Source of the DNA: a virus
Taxonomy: Duplodnaviria; Heunggongvirae; Uroviricota; Caudoviricetes
Length of the DNA: 64,000 bases
Reading direction: 5' to 3' (one strand)
Virus record (IMG/VR): IMGVR_UViG_3300028887_000069
Span: 116,898-180,897 of that record
Below the pieces are notes generated by a model, which saw only the letters and a list, made by a program, of their open reading frames with translations, did no database searches and had not been told where the DNA came from. A program made the position numbers and the translations under genes. Position 1 is the first letter of the stretch; every line of letters begins with the position of its first letter. Positions 18,671 to 28,536 of the stretch are shown here, one piece after another.

Positions 18671-19114
18671 ATGAAAACAGTAAGATTTAACGGTGATTTT
18701 ACATTGGTGGTGGACAACAATGGAATTATGAACAACATTCCATTGGCTGCACTGGAATGCACAGAAATTGAAAACTATGCCGAATACGAGTCATTGGATA
18801 TTTTCGGCAAAGGAATTATAAACACAGATATATTTCGCAAACAAAGGGATGCTGTCATACACAGCGGTACATTTTCAAAGAAAGATTTTTTGTTTGAAGC
18901 GATGCTGCTTGACGGAAACGAAATTGTTTTGAAAATGCACAGCACAATGCAGATAGGGGTTTTGGAAAATGCGTGGGCAGGAAACGACAGAATTGGTCTG
19001 CAGTCAGAATTTTGGGAGTACGGCAACGGACAAGTAGCAATGGAATTAGCAAAACTCCATCAGAAAAACAGAGAAACATATGAACGTACTGTTCCTGACT
19101 ACAGTGAATGGTAA
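18671..19114 (+). CDS. Hypothetical protein
   Basis: 147-aa ORF. Confidence 0.7.
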   Translation: MKTVRFNGDFTLVVDNNGIMNNIPLAALECTEIENYAEYESLDIFGKGIINTDIFRKQRDAVIHSGTFSKKDFLFEAMLLDGNEIVLKMHSTMQIGVLENAWAGNDRIGLQSEFWEYGNGQVAMELAKLHQKNRETYERTVPDYSEW

Positions 19115-19133
19115 GTCTAAAATCATAAACGAT

Positions 19134-19526
19134 ATGACACAGATAGCGACAAGCATTGAACAAAGCAAGAGATTGTTGGAACTCAGATTGAGTCCTGACA
19201 CAGCAGATATGATAAATATGTGTTACAGTTATAGTTTTAATGGTAAAGAATACACTGACTGTAAATACAAATTAAGACTTTTGGAAGAAGGTGAAGAACC
19301 TTTTATGCCAGAATTAAATATTCCATCTTGGTCACTCACGGCACTGTTGAAGTTGATGCCATACAATCAATTAGAAGGATACAATAACAAATGGAGTTTG
19401 TGGGTGTGGGATGATACAGGTTATGCTCTTCATGTAGAACAGGGCTATGAAAGTCCAATAGATGCCGCCTACCATATGGCGGTGTGGCTACTTGAAAACG
19501 GACACATTAAAACAGAAAAGATATGA
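19134..19526 (+). CDS. Family F-related protein
   Basis: MTQIATSIEQSKRLLEL..PDTADM...PSWSLTALLKLMP. Confidence 0.7.
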   Translation: MTQIATSIEQSKRLLELRLSPDTADMINMCYSYSFNGKEYTDCKYKLRLLEEGEEPFMPELNIPSWSLTALLKLMPYNQLEGYNNKWSLWVWDDTGYALHVEQGYESPIDAAYHMAVWLLENGHIKTEKI

Positions 19527-19909
19527 TTACCGAGGACTACTGCTCTTTTGAAACAGCGAAACTCCTGAAAGAAAAGGGGTTTGATGTAAAATGTGAATAT
19601 TGTTATGCGGAGTTTAGTAAGGATGATATTGAAGTTATTGGCTTGTCACCTGCTAAATGCGCACAATCTCTTAAAGAAGATAGATACCCATATGTAACTC
19701 TCCAAATGGCAATGAAGTGGTTGAGGGAGGTGCATAATATAGATGTGGTTATCAGACCTTATATAACAACAGAAGGTTTATATTACTGTTATGAGATTAA
19801 GAAGTTGCATAGTGAAATGGTTGAAGGCATTAAAAACCACGCAGGATATGAATTCCACGAGCAAGCCTGTGAAGCGGCAATTAAATACTGTTTGGAAAAC
19901 TTAATATAA
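19523..19909 (+). CDS. Accessory family F protein
   Basis: MITEDYCSFETAKLLKEKGF / TLQMAMKWLREVH / EQACEAAIKYCLENLI. Confidence 0.8.
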   Translation: MITEDYCSFETAKLLKEKGFDVKCEYCYAEFSKDDIEVIGLSPAKCAQSLKEDRYPYVTLQMAMKWLREVHNIDVVIRPYITTEGLYYCYEIKKLHSEMVEGIKNHAGYEFHEQACEAAIKYCLENLI

Positions 19910-19915
19910 TTAATC

Positions 19916-20125
19916 ATGACCAAAAGTGAAATAGAAGTAAGAGAGTCGTTGCACATTGTCGACAACTGCATTTCCAAAAAAAACTATATCAAGGATAACC
20001 TTATGATGTATGGAAAGAACACAACGCTTCAAGAAATCATCGATGAACTCGACAGACAGATTGACAAATATAACGGAATTGTTGATGGCGTTTTTGAAAA
20101 GTTAACCCCAACACGACAGTTGTAA
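19916..20125 (+). CDS. Hypothetical protein
   Basis: 69-aa ORF. Confidence 0.6.
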   Translation: MTKSEIEVRESLHIVDNCISKKNYIKDNLMMYGKNTTLQEIIDELDRQIDKYNGIVDGVFEKLTPTRQL

Positions 20126-20155
20126 GTAAACAAAAAGATAATAAAAACAAAAGAT

Positions 20156-20524
20156 ATGATTACAGAAGATTACGTATCGTTTGAAACAGCAAAACTCCTT
20201 AAAGAAAAGGGTTTCAATGAAGATAGTTGGTTTCACTTTGATTCCGATGGTGATATCGTAACAAGGGGATACAGACTCAATAGACCCGATGAGATACCAG
20301 CTTGGACACTTCAAATTGCAATGAAGTGGTTGAGAGAGGTGCATAGAATAGAAATTAATATTGTACTTACTGAATTAAATTACGATAACACAAGAAAATA
20401 TCAATTTGACGTGTTTTCTGGCAATGTAAATGATGATTTCGATAGTGTACAACGTTATGGTTTCAATACCTACGAGCAAGCCTGTGAAGAAGCAATTAAA
20501 TATTGTCTCGAAAACTTAATCTAA
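20156..20524 (+). CDS. Accessory family F protein
   Basis: Same three anchors. Confidence 0.8.
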   Translation: MITEDYVSFETAKLLKEKGFNEDSWFHFDSDGDIVTRGYRLNRPDEIPAWTLQIAMKWLREVHRIEINIVLTELNYDNTRKYQFDVFSGNVNDDFDSVQRYGFNTYEQACEEAIKYCLENLI

Positions 20525-20531
20525 ATTAACA

Positions 20532-20777
20532 ATGACAACCGATAAGCAAAAGAGAGCTATAATGTTCTGTAATGAGACTCTTCCTGACAAATTCAATGGT
20601 GATATTGATAATTTCAAAGAAGTGTCTCAGTACCTATCACAACATTTGGTAGAAGCAAAGAAAAAATCAGAACCTAAAAAGATTGTTCTGACTACAACAA
20701 GACACTGTGATTATTGTAGTTATATTGATGATAATGATTTAAATAATATTGAAGACCCATATTGGATAATAGAATAA
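20532..20777 (+). CDS. Hypothetical protein
   Basis: 81-aa ORF. Confidence 0.65.
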   Translation: MTTDKQKRAIMFCNETLPDKFNGDIDNFKEVSQYLSQHLVEAKKKSEPKKIVLTTTRHCDYCSYIDDNDLNNIEDPYWIIE

Positions 20778-20781
20778 GTTT

Positions 20782-21171
20782 ATGATTACAGAAGACTATG
20801 TAAGTTTTGAGGTTGCAAAACTCCTTAAAGAAAAGGGTTTTGATGAAGATTGCCATGCTTATTGGAACTTAACCACCGAAACAAAAACTCCAAAAATAGG
20901 ATTATCAGTTTCATCAAAGAATTGGAATTATAAATGGAATCCTATTCCGTTCCCGATATCCGCACCGACTCTCCAAATGGCAATGAAGTGGTTGAGAGAG
21001 GTGCATAAAATTCATATAACCATATACCCTTATGGTGAATATCAGTGTGATAATTATCAGTTTGACATCTATAAAAACAAGAAATATTTGTTTTCAAGAG
21101 ATGAAGGTTATATGACAAATGAGCAAGCCTGTGAAGCGGCAATTAAATACTGTTTGGAAAACTTAATATAA
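20782..21171 (+). CDS. Accessory family F protein
   Basis: Same three anchors; last 51 nt identical to those of 19523. Confidence 0.8.
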   Translation: MITEDYVSFEVAKLLKEKGFDEDCHAYWNLTTETKTPKIGLSVSSKNWNYKWNPIPFPISAPTLQMAMKWLREVHKIHITIYPYGEYQCDNYQFDIYKNKKYLFSRDEGYMTNEQACEAAIKYCLENLI

Positions 21172-21179
21172 CAGATAAT

Positions 21180-21602
21180 ATGGAAATCAACGAGAAAAAC
21201 AAGGAACTCTACGAGAGTGCATTCATCGAGAACGGTGAGTACGGCTATCACGGGAAGAATTGGAATCCCGACATCGACGAGCGTGAAATCGACACGATGT
21301 GTGAAGGTGAAGATGGTAATTACGTTCCCGCCACACCGCTTGGGTACAGGGACTATTCAATCTCCCGTCTTGCGGGTTTGCGGAACATACTCGACCAAGT
21401 GCCGTGCGTCGACCTTACCAATGACAGATTCCATCACCTCAAGAAGGATGACAATACCATAAAGAAGTATGACAAGATACGCACAGACAAAGGTGACTTC
21501 GTGGTGACGGGCGACAGCGAGGGTTATTACTACGTTGTCAATGCGGACAACCGACAGTTCTACATCGAGTGGGAAAAGGAGGAAGATGGACAGGATAATT
21601 GA
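21180..21602 (+). CDS. Acidic hypothetical protein
   Basis: 140-aa ORF. Confidence 0.7.
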   Translation: MEINEKNKELYESAFIENGEYGYHGKNWNPDIDEREIDTMCEGEDGNYVPATPLGYRDYSISRLAGLRNILDQVPCVDLTNDRFHHLKKDDNTIKKYDKIRTDKGDFVVTGDSEGYYYVVNADNRQFYIEWEKEEDGQDN

Positions 21603-22386
21603 TACAGAATGGCAAGACCATGCCGACAACCAAGATTTCAAGTTATGGGGCATCAATTGGCGAATCGGCAGGAATTGGGGCATTGCCCATCCCGACCACA
21701 CCTGTTGGTGCAGCGGCGACATGGTGCTTACACGGCACGATGCCGCCAATCCTTCATATGATGCGGCACGTCTCGGGATAGGTAAGGAATACAGGGAGTT
21801 CTATTCACAGACATACCCTTGGAAGGTCGGCTACATTTCGTCCGTCGACACGTTCAAATACGGTGTGTTCACATTCTTCTTCAGCCTGCCGAGAGGGAGA
21901 CACCTGTGGCCTGCCATATGGCTCACGGACGGGAAGACGTGGCCGCCCGAGATAGACATTGTTGAGGGATGGACAAACGGCAAGTCCGACAAACATCCCT
22001 ACAGGAAATACTCGCATGACATATTTCCCATTTGCTGTACAAACAAGATATTTCCAGGATTGGTGACAGGCAATTGCCTTGAGAACAAGGGAGGGAAATC
22101 CTACTACAATCTATTCCACGGCGCCAACTCAAAATATATGGATACCGATTTGGGTATCAACAGTTGCATGCTCGAGTGGAATCCGAACAAGATTGCGGTT
22201 TGGTACAACGAGCACAAGGTGATGGAGGAGACAAATCCCGACATGCTCAGGTGGTTCAATGAAAGCGAAGGTATGGAGATTCACCTGAACAACTATGTGA
22301 CAAACGACTTCTCCTTTAAGGATTTCGACAGGCTGAAGGAAGATGAGAAATACCTTATAATAGAAGGTTTGGATATTGCTGAATAA
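21586..22386 (+). CDS. Glycoside hydrolase family 16 protein
   Basis: GRHLWPAIWL...PPEIDIVEG catalytic ExDxxE motif; ATG 21586. Confidence 0.85.
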   Translation: MDRIIDTEWQDHADNQDFKLWGINWRIGRNWGIAHPDHTCWCSGDMVLTRHDAANPSYDAARLGIGKEYREFYSQTYPWKVGYISSVDTFKYGVFTFFFSLPRGRHLWPAIWLTDGKTWPPEIDIVEGWTNGKSDKHPYRKYSHDIFPICCTNKIFPGLVTGNCLENKGGKSYYNLFHGANSKYMDTDLGINSCMLEWNPNKIAVWYNEHKVMEETNPDMLRWFNESEGMEIHLNNYVTNDFSFKDFDRLKEDEKYLIIEGLDIAE

Positions 22387-22392
22387 CAACAC

Positions 22393-22459
22393 TTAACGTT
22401 TTTTAACTAAAAAGATTTGGTCCATTCGGGAAAAGGTGTTACCTTTGCAAACGTAAACA
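22393..22459 (+). promoter_or_regulatory. Repeated promoter module 5
   Basis: TTAACG-N4-TTAACT, GATTTG, TACCTTTG at 22440-22447, CAAACGTAAACA. Confidence 0.85.
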
Positions 22460-22476
22460 TTAAAACAAAATGCACC

Positions 22477-23172
22477 ATGAAAACAAAGAACACACCTTAT
22501 TTCAATTTCGACTCAACGACGTTGAGGTATCAGAAAGTAAACAAGTTCAAACAGTTTGTATTGGACAATCCCGTCATCGCTTCAATCCCGCTTTGGATTG
22601 TTTTAGTAGGACTTATTTCCCTTTTGGTATCAAATGACCTTAAACACAAGAAGTCGTACCGTCTTCTTTCAATGGAGTATGCCGCAACGGTTGAAAGCCT
22701 CAGCAGGGAGATTGACGCCGACACCCTTGTCATAAAGATAGGTCGTGCCATTCTCGAAGGACCTTCAAACGCACCTCTCAACGACAGCATAGTGTACGCC
22801 TACATATGCGAATGCCGTGCATGGTATCCCGACTACATCTTCGCACAGTACAAGATTGAGAGTGCAAGCGGAAAATCCGACCTTGCGGTAAACGCCAACA
22901 ACCTGTTCGGCATGCGCCCCGTGACGGGCAAGCGGAAGAACTTCACCACGCAGCGTCTCGGCGCCAACTATAAGGGCTACGGCGTGTATGACAATTGGCA
23001 CCTCAGTGTGCTTGACAAAATCCTGTGGGAACACTTCAGGTTCGGTGGCGTAAAGCCCGACGAGAAGACATATCAGAACTCGCATGAACGGTACGCCGAG
23101 GACGAGCAGTACAATGACAAGATAAAGGAAATGATAGAGGTTTTCAAAGATGAACAGGAAGCAAATTCATGA
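22477..23172 (+). CDS. Membrane-anchored glucosaminidase (GH73-like) peptidoglycan hydrolase
   Basis: N-terminal hydrophobic helix; AQYKIES.SG.S.LA..ANNLFGM...Y..YDNW..SV.D...YAED..Y. Confidence 0.75.
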   Translation: MKTKNTPYFNFDSTTLRYQKVNKFKQFVLDNPVIASIPLWIVLVGLISLLVSNDLKHKKSYRLLSMEYAATVESLSREIDADTLVIKIGRAILEGPSNAPLNDSIVYAYICECRAWYPDYIFAQYKIESASGKSDLAVNANNLFGMRPVTGKRKNFTTQRLGANYKGYGVYDNWHLSVLDKILWEHFRFGGVKPDEKTYQNSHERYAEDEQYNDKIKEMIEVFKDEQEANS

Positions 23173-23599
23173 GGGTATAACGGCTGAGTTTTTCAGCCGA
23201 CACCTACCGAAACGCATATCTCAGTCCCTGCCCGAACTGTTCTCGGGTGTGAGGGACGAGATACTGTTCGGAGGAGGCAAGTCCAACGTTGTCGCCTTCC
23301 ATGAGAACGGCAAACTGATAGGCGCATGCTGCCTGACCTTTGAACAGTGGACAATGGTGAACGGGTTGCCGTCGTGGGACATATACATTGACAGGTTTGA
23401 AGTCTCCTCCAAATTCCAAAGGCGTGGATATGGCACCAAGATGTTCAATTGGATGGTCGGGCTGTTCAACCCCCATGAGGTCAGCCTCTCCCATTTCAGC
23501 AAGGATGCCGACGGCGGTGTGAGCGAGAGTTTTTGGAAGAGTGTCGGTTTCAAACATTCAAGAGGATATACACAGTACATGACAATCAAAATAAAATGA
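23150..23599 (+). CDS. GNAT family acetyltransferase
   Basis: FEVSSKFQRRGYGTKM acetyl-CoA motif A; FWKSVGF. Confidence 0.8.
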   Translation: MNRKQIHEGITAEFFSRHLPKRISQSLPELFSGVRDEILFGGGKSNVVAFHENGKLIGACCLTFEQWTMVNGLPSWDIYIDRFEVSSKFQRRGYGTKMFNWMVGLFNPHEVSLSHFSKDADGGVSESFWKSVGFKHSRGYTQYMTIKIK

Positions 23600-23603
23600 T
23601 ATT

Positions 23604-24431
23604 ATGGATTTCAAAAGTTTAAAGGAAAAATGCGAGTATTACAAGGACTTGGCGGACTACAGACTTCTCCCCAATTCCTATGTCCTGTTCCACTTGGACG
23701 GCAGAGCCTTCTCCAAGATGGTGAAGAACAAGTTCGAGAAGCCGTTCGACAAGGCTTTCACCGAGATGATGAACAAGACTATGGTACACCTCTGCGAGAA
23801 ACTGCAGGGTGTTGTCTTCGCCTATTGCCAATCGGATGAGATTTCGTTGGTGATGAGAGACTTTTCGACGGAGGGTTTGGCAAGTTCGTCGTTCTTCAGT
23901 TACAGGCTGTGCAAGATGCAGTCGATTGCGGCTTCCATGGCCACGGCCAAGTTCAACAACCTGATGACACGGTACAGGTTGGGAGAAGTCCCTTCCCTGT
24001 TTAGCGGTGACATGTGGACTTGGTGCGCAAAAAAGGTTGAGGACATGCCTCTTTACGAGTTCGACTGCAAGGCATGGAACGTTCCGTCCGCAAACGACGC
24101 CTATGCGTGGATGCTTTACAGGCAGCATGACTGTCTCAGGAACTCCAAACAGCAGTTTGCGCAGACCTATCTACCGCACAATAAACTTGTGGGGCATGAC
24201 AGCGACGAGCAGGTCAGGCTGACAAATGAGGCAACGGGAAACGATTGGAATGCAATAGACGACGGTTGGAAATACGGGCGCATCTGTCTCAAGAAGGTGT
24301 TCATGTTTGAGAATCCCGAAGGTGGACAATATGAACGCACGAAGTGGGTTGCTGAAAATGCTCAGCCGTTCGACAAGGATTTCAACGAAGGGGATGAGTA
24401 TCACAAGATTATCAATTTAATAACAAAATAA
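23604..24431 (+). CDS. thg1: tRNA-His guanylyltransferase (Thg1/TLP family)
   Basis: FHLDGRAFSK, AYCQSDEISL, FDCK, RQHDC.RNS motifs. Confidence 0.9.
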   Translation: MDFKSLKEKCEYYKDLADYRLLPNSYVLFHLDGRAFSKMVKNKFEKPFDKAFTEMMNKTMVHLCEKLQGVVFAYCQSDEISLVMRDFSTEGLASSSFFSYRLCKMQSIAASMATAKFNNLMTRYRLGEVPSLFSGDMWTWCAKKVEDMPLYEFDCKAWNVPSANDAYAWMLYRQHDCLRNSKQQFAQTYLPHNKLVGHDSDEQVRLTNEATGNDWNAIDDGWKYGRICLKKVFMFENPEGGQYERTKWVAENAQPFDKDFNEGDEYHKIINLITK

Positions 24432-24438
24432 CAAGAAA

Positions 24439-24699
24439 ATGGAAACAAAGAAAGTTGTAACAAAGGAAGAGGCAATCGAAACCTTCAAGAATTTCGAGAC
24501 AATCAAGAACGCATTGGCAAAAGAGGACACCAAGTCGTCGGTATCCGAGGACGGCGTGTTCCGTATCCACAAGGATGACGCCAAACACCCCGATGTCTAC
24601 TCTGAGATATTCGACTTCTATCAGTGGGCAAACACCGACGAGGTGCTGAAAATCGACAGCGAGGAAGACAAGGATGTACTCGTTCTGAAATTCATCTGA
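24439..24699 (+). CDS. Hypothetical protein
   Basis: 86-aa ORF. Confidence 0.7.
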   Translation: METKKVVTKEEAIETFKNFETIKNALAKEDTKSSVSEDGVFRIHKDDAKHPDVYSEIFDFYQWANTDEVLKIDSEEDKDVLVLKFI

Positions 24700-24704
24700 G
24701 AAGT

Positions 24705-25487
24705 ATGGTTGAGAAAGAGAAGATATACGCAATAGTCATACCTGACGTTCACGGGAGGCTGTTCTGGAAAGACGCCCTTCCCTACATGAACGAAGGTGTG
24801 CGCACCATATTCCTTGGCGACTACTTGGCACCCTATCCCCATGAGGGCATCACAGGAAAGGCTGCGTTGGAGAATTTCCATGAAATATTGGATACAACCA
24901 AGGACATGGAGAATGTCACAATGTTGACGGGAAACCATGATTGGTCGTACATTGCCCCCGACTACCATCTTTGCGACAGCCGCATTGACGAGAGGAGGAT
25001 GACGGAGATAGTCTCGTTATTCCTCTCAAACCTCAAGCGGTTCTACCTGTGTGTTATAGACAAGGAGGACGGGAAGGAGAAAGTCATATTCTCCCATGCG
25101 GGAATACATTCGATGTGGCTGTACGACCTTAAAGCCGATGTATCCGACTCGGACATGTTGGAGTGGAACCTCTACGACATGCTGAAGTCTCCCGACAACG
25201 AGACAATGATTAAGTATCTCTCGCATGTCTCGCCTTATAGATGGGGAATGAATCCCGAGGGTTCAATCATATGGGCTGACATAAACGAGTTTGAGCACAG
25301 GAAGCAGTTGGACTGTCTGCAGTTCGTGGGGCATACCATGCAGTTGAGGAAAGAGATAACCGACGAGGACAAGGGTTGGTTCAAGTGGGTGCCTGACGAG
25401 CCTGTCACCTTTGGGAACGTGACATGTATCGACTGTCAGAGTTGCTTTTGGCTTGACCAAGATTTGAAACTACATAAATTGGAATAA
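24705..25487 (+). CDS. Calcineurin-like metallophosphoesterase
   Basis: PDVHG, LGDY, GNHD, FSHAG, VGHT motifs; ATG 24705. Confidence 0.88.
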   Translation: MVEKEKIYAIVIPDVHGRLFWKDALPYMNEGVRTIFLGDYLAPYPHEGITGKAALENFHEILDTTKDMENVTMLTGNHDWSYIAPDYHLCDSRIDERRMTEIVSLFLSNLKRFYLCVIDKEDGKEKVIFSHAGIHSMWLYDLKADVSDSDMLEWNLYDMLKSPDNETMIKYLSHVSPYRWGMNPEGSIIWADINEFEHRKQLDCLQFVGHTMQLRKEITDEDKGWFKWVPDEPVTFGNVTCIDCQSCFWLDQDLKLHKLE

Positions 25488-25488
25488 C

Positions 25489-25683
25489 ATGCAGAAAGTA
25501 ATCATAGGAAAAATTGGGGAAAACAGCGAAGCCATGCATACAGAACACGCTGTGAACAGTTACCTTAAAGACGGTTGGAATATTGTTAATGTTTGCCTTA
25601 CACAGTTCCAACCCCGAAACGGGTTTGAGGACAACAAGGCGATTTTTGTGTTGGAAAAAGACGATAATGCCAACACAAACTAA
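25489..25683 (+). CDS. Small hypothetical protein
   Basis: 64-aa ORF, VNSYLKDGWNIV pattern. Confidence 0.6.
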   Translation: MQKVIIGKIGENSEAMHTEHAVNSYLKDGWNIVNVCLTQFQPRNGFEDNKAIFVLEKDDNANTN

Positions 25684-25716
25684 ATATCAATCTATTTATA
25701 TATAAACATATTTACA

Positions 25717-26475
25717 ATGAACAGATTGGTTGAAACATATTTCAGGAACGCTGCCAAGCAGGTTGTCAATGAGATGATGTCCGAGGAGATGGACAAGATT
25801 GCGATGGCATTGCCTATATTCAGGCATACCGACAGGGCGTTTCTTCCTGGCGATAAAGTCTTCATTGAAAGAAGGATAAACAAGGCGGTGACCTATCCTT
25901 CATACACGATAACAGGTGTCAACGGCAACGAATTGTCGTTGATGGATACGAACGGGAACAAGATTAAAGCCTCCACTCAGTTGGATGCCCTGTGCACAAG
26001 CAACATATGGATGAGAGCCTTCAACCTCTTCTCCAACGATGGCGAAAGCGGACTGCTTCCCGCCGACGTGATTTTCGACTATGAGGAGATAGACGGTGAA
26101 CTGTATGTAACGATGATGATAAAGTCGGGTGCGTCTTTTTCCAACGGTTCCAAAATAGGATACAAATACAGCGACATCAAGGCGGGCGGCAAGCCTGATT
26201 TCATCAGGTTGGCCGTGGAGTCTGAAAAAGACAAGGTGGAACTGTATTGCAAGGAAGGTGAAACGATACCGTTCAAGTCCAAGTCATACCAATCGGGTGC
26301 TGTTAGGATAGACAGCAGGTTGGTTGCAACCGAGCCGAACGGCAAATTCAGGGGTTGGGTGTACGGCAGGAGACGTGAGATAGTCGAGACATGCCCATGG
26401 CTCAGGGATATGCCCGCCAAATGGTGTGACTCCAAGGGGACTGTAAGAAACATACCTATTTCCAAATACCTTTAA
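25717..26475 (+). CDS. Hypothetical protein
   Basis: 252-aa ORF preceded by TATTTATA at 25693. Confidence 0.75.
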   Translation: MNRLVETYFRNAAKQVVNEMMSEEMDKIAMALPIFRHTDRAFLPGDKVFIERRINKAVTYPSYTITGVNGNELSLMDTNGNKIKASTQLDALCTSNIWMRAFNLFSNDGESGLLPADVIFDYEEIDGELYVTMMIKSGASFSNGSKIGYKYSDIKAGGKPDFIRLAVESEKDKVELYCKEGETIPFKSKSYQSGAVRIDSRLVATEPNGKFRGWVYGRRREIVETCPWLRDMPAKWCDSKGTVRNIPISKYL

Positions 26476-26487
26476 TAGAAACAATTT

Positions 26488-26934
26488 ATGATAATTGCTG
26501 TTGATTTTGACGGCACCTGTGTCACCCACGAATATCCGAAAGTCGGGAAAGAGATAGGTGCCTCACACGTTTTGAAAATATTGGTTGAAGAAGGGCACCG
26601 CATCGTGCTCAACACCATGAGGGGCAAGGATGAAGGCACTGTCCTGAAAGACGCTGTCAAGTGGTTTGATAAGCACGGCATACCTTTATATGGGGTAAAT
26701 GAGTCGCCTTCACAGAAAGCGTGGTCGTCAAGCCCGAAGGTTTATGCCCATCTCTACATAGACGACGCTGCGCTCGGCTGTCCATTGGTTGACAGGGGTG
26801 TTAAAAGCCCGTTTGTGGATTGGCTTGAAGTGTACAGGATGCTGCTGAACAGGAATGTCATCATGAAGCATGACATCAGCAAGGATGTCATGGACAGTAT
26901 CGAGGAAGAGGTCGAGGCTGTCATGCCCCTTTAA
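26488..26934 (+). CDS. HAD-superfamily phosphatase-like protein (BT0820-like)
   Basis: IIAVDFDGT, LNTMR, KVYAHLYIDD. Confidence 0.8.
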   Translation: MIIAVDFDGTCVTHEYPKVGKEIGASHVLKILVEEGHRIVLNTMRGKDEGTVLKDAVKWFDKHGIPLYGVNESPSQKAWSSSPKVYAHLYIDDAALGCPLVDRGVKSPFVDWLEVYRMLLNRNVIMKHDISKDVMDSIEEEVEAVMPL

Positions 26935-26997
26935 CACATTTTAAGGAAAAAGATTTTGCGTATTCATAGAAAGTTGTTATCTTTGCAAACGTAAACA
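26931..26997 (+). promoter_or_regulatory. Repeated promoter module 6
   Basis: TTAACA-N4-TTAAGG, GATTTTG, TATCTTTG at 26978-26985, CAAACGTAAACA. Confidence 0.85.
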
Positions 26998-27012
26998 TTA
27001 AAACAACAAAAT

Positions 27013-27945
27013 ATGAGCAAATGGAACATACAGGCCGTAAAAGACCTTTGGAATGAACGCGTTGATTGGACATCTACCTACTACTCCGTTATCTTAAAGG
27101 ATGGGCAGGAACGTGAGGTACGAACATATGCGGACGAATGTGCCGATGGTACTATAAATGCTTATTGGGAATACACCGATGACGATTCAGGTGTGGATTT
27201 CGATGACATTCTCCTGTGGAAACCCATTGAGAAACACGACTACGAAGGAATGGTTGAAAAGTTCAAGGCCGCTGTTGATGGGAAGACCAAAGAGGAATTA
27301 TCTGAATTGTTCGAAGACAAGGAAGACAAATGTCAATCCTGTACCAACGACAAAGGGTGTGTAGCCTGTGTAAACGGCGAGTTGTGGGAAGGACAGCCCA
27401 TTGAAAACGCGGAACCTGAAGAGGCGCAAATCCCCACAACGATGGACGAGGCGATGAAAGCCATTGATAGGGAACTCTCCGATGAGGACAAGGAATGGCT
27501 TGCCACCGAACCGAACTCCGCAATCAAGTCGCATCATTCCGTCGGCAGATGGATTCGCAACAATTGGGGTCTGTGGGCTGACAAGTCACCGATGAAGGAA
27601 CTTCTTACCAAGCAGGGTTTCACGCATCCCGACGACATGTCGAACTATATCATTGAGAAGTATGTTGAATACCTGAAAAAGAATAGCCACCCGAAAAATA
27701 AGAAGAACAAAAATCCGAGGACACAGTTTGAAATCAGGTCTATATTTGAACGTAACCTGTTCAATGAATACCAATGGTGTGTAAACAACCTGCCACTTAA
27801 AGAGGACAGAGGACTCATCTATCAGGTAAGCGAGTTTTACATTATCACATCAAGTCAAGCAATCATCGATAAGGTAAACAAGCACTTCGGTTCAGATTTC
27901 AATTTCAAGAACAGTTGGGAATCAAGAACATTCTATCTAAAATAA
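27013..27945 (+). CDS. Multidomain hypothetical protein with DUF6794-like domain
   Basis: IPTTMDEAM...HHSVGRWIRNNWGLW...GFTHPDDMS. Confidence 0.65.
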   Translation: MSKWNIQAVKDLWNERVDWTSTYYSVILKDGQEREVRTYADECADGTINAYWEYTDDDSGVDFDDILLWKPIEKHDYEGMVEKFKAAVDGKTKEELSELFEDKEDKCQSCTNDKGCVACVNGELWEGQPIENAEPEEAQIPTTMDEAMKAIDRELSDEDKEWLATEPNSAIKSHHSVGRWIRNNWGLWADKSPMKELLTKQGFTHPDDMSNYIIEKYVEYLKKNSHPKNKKNKNPRTQFEIRSIFERNLFNEYQWCVNNLPLKEDRGLIYQVSEFYIITSSQAIIDKVNKHFGSDFNFKNSWESRTFYLK

Positions 27946-27981
27946 AGGAAACTATATACGTGTTGACAGAATCCCATTTCT

Positions 27982-28049
27982 ATAACATTCTTTAACAATT
28001 TAATGCTTGTTTATTTCGTTGAAATGTGTTATCTTTGCAAACGTAAACA
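27982..28049 (+). promoter_or_regulatory. Repeated promoter module 7
   Basis: ATAACA-N4-TTAACA, TATCTTTG at 28030-28037, CAAACGTAAACA. Confidence 0.8.
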
Positions 28050-28095
28050 ATTATTTACAAAATCAAAATGAAGTTTTTATAATAAAAAAAGCAAT

Positions 28096-28524
28096 ATGAA
28101 AGCAAATGAATTGATGTTATCGAATTGGGTGAAATATGGTAAACGGTATGCCATAGTCGAGAAAATGACTTTGTCGAGAGTTACAATCCTTGCATGTTTT
28201 AACGGCAACGATGAACTTGTCGAGGAAACCTACGACAACATTGAGCCTATCCCAATCACCCATGAACTTCTTGAAAACAACGGTTGGGAACGTGACGACA
28301 TGGAATGGGGTGCCGACGGTGAGATAGAGTGTTGGTTCAGTCCCGACCACCGCATTGAACTGCGTTCAAACAAGAACCACGACATGTGCAATTCAGACGC
28401 TGCGTGGGCTGTTCACATTGACAACAAGGACTTCGATACGATAGGCTCGGGTGAGGTCTCATACCTCAACGAACTGCAGAACGAGTGCAACTGCAAGCAT
28501 TACGAATTTGAATGGAAATTATAA
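28096..28524 (+). CDS. Conserved phage hypothetical protein
   Basis: MKANELMLSNWV...IEPIPITHELLENNGW...LNELQN. Confidence 0.75.
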   Translation: MKANELMLSNWVKYGKRYAIVEKMTLSRVTILACFNGNDELVEETYDNIEPIPITHELLENNGWERDDMEWGADGEIECWFSPDHRIELRSNKNHDMCNSDAAWAVHIDNKDFDTIGSGEVSYLNELQNECNCKHYEFEWKL

Positions 28525-28536
28525 AGTACATATAAT

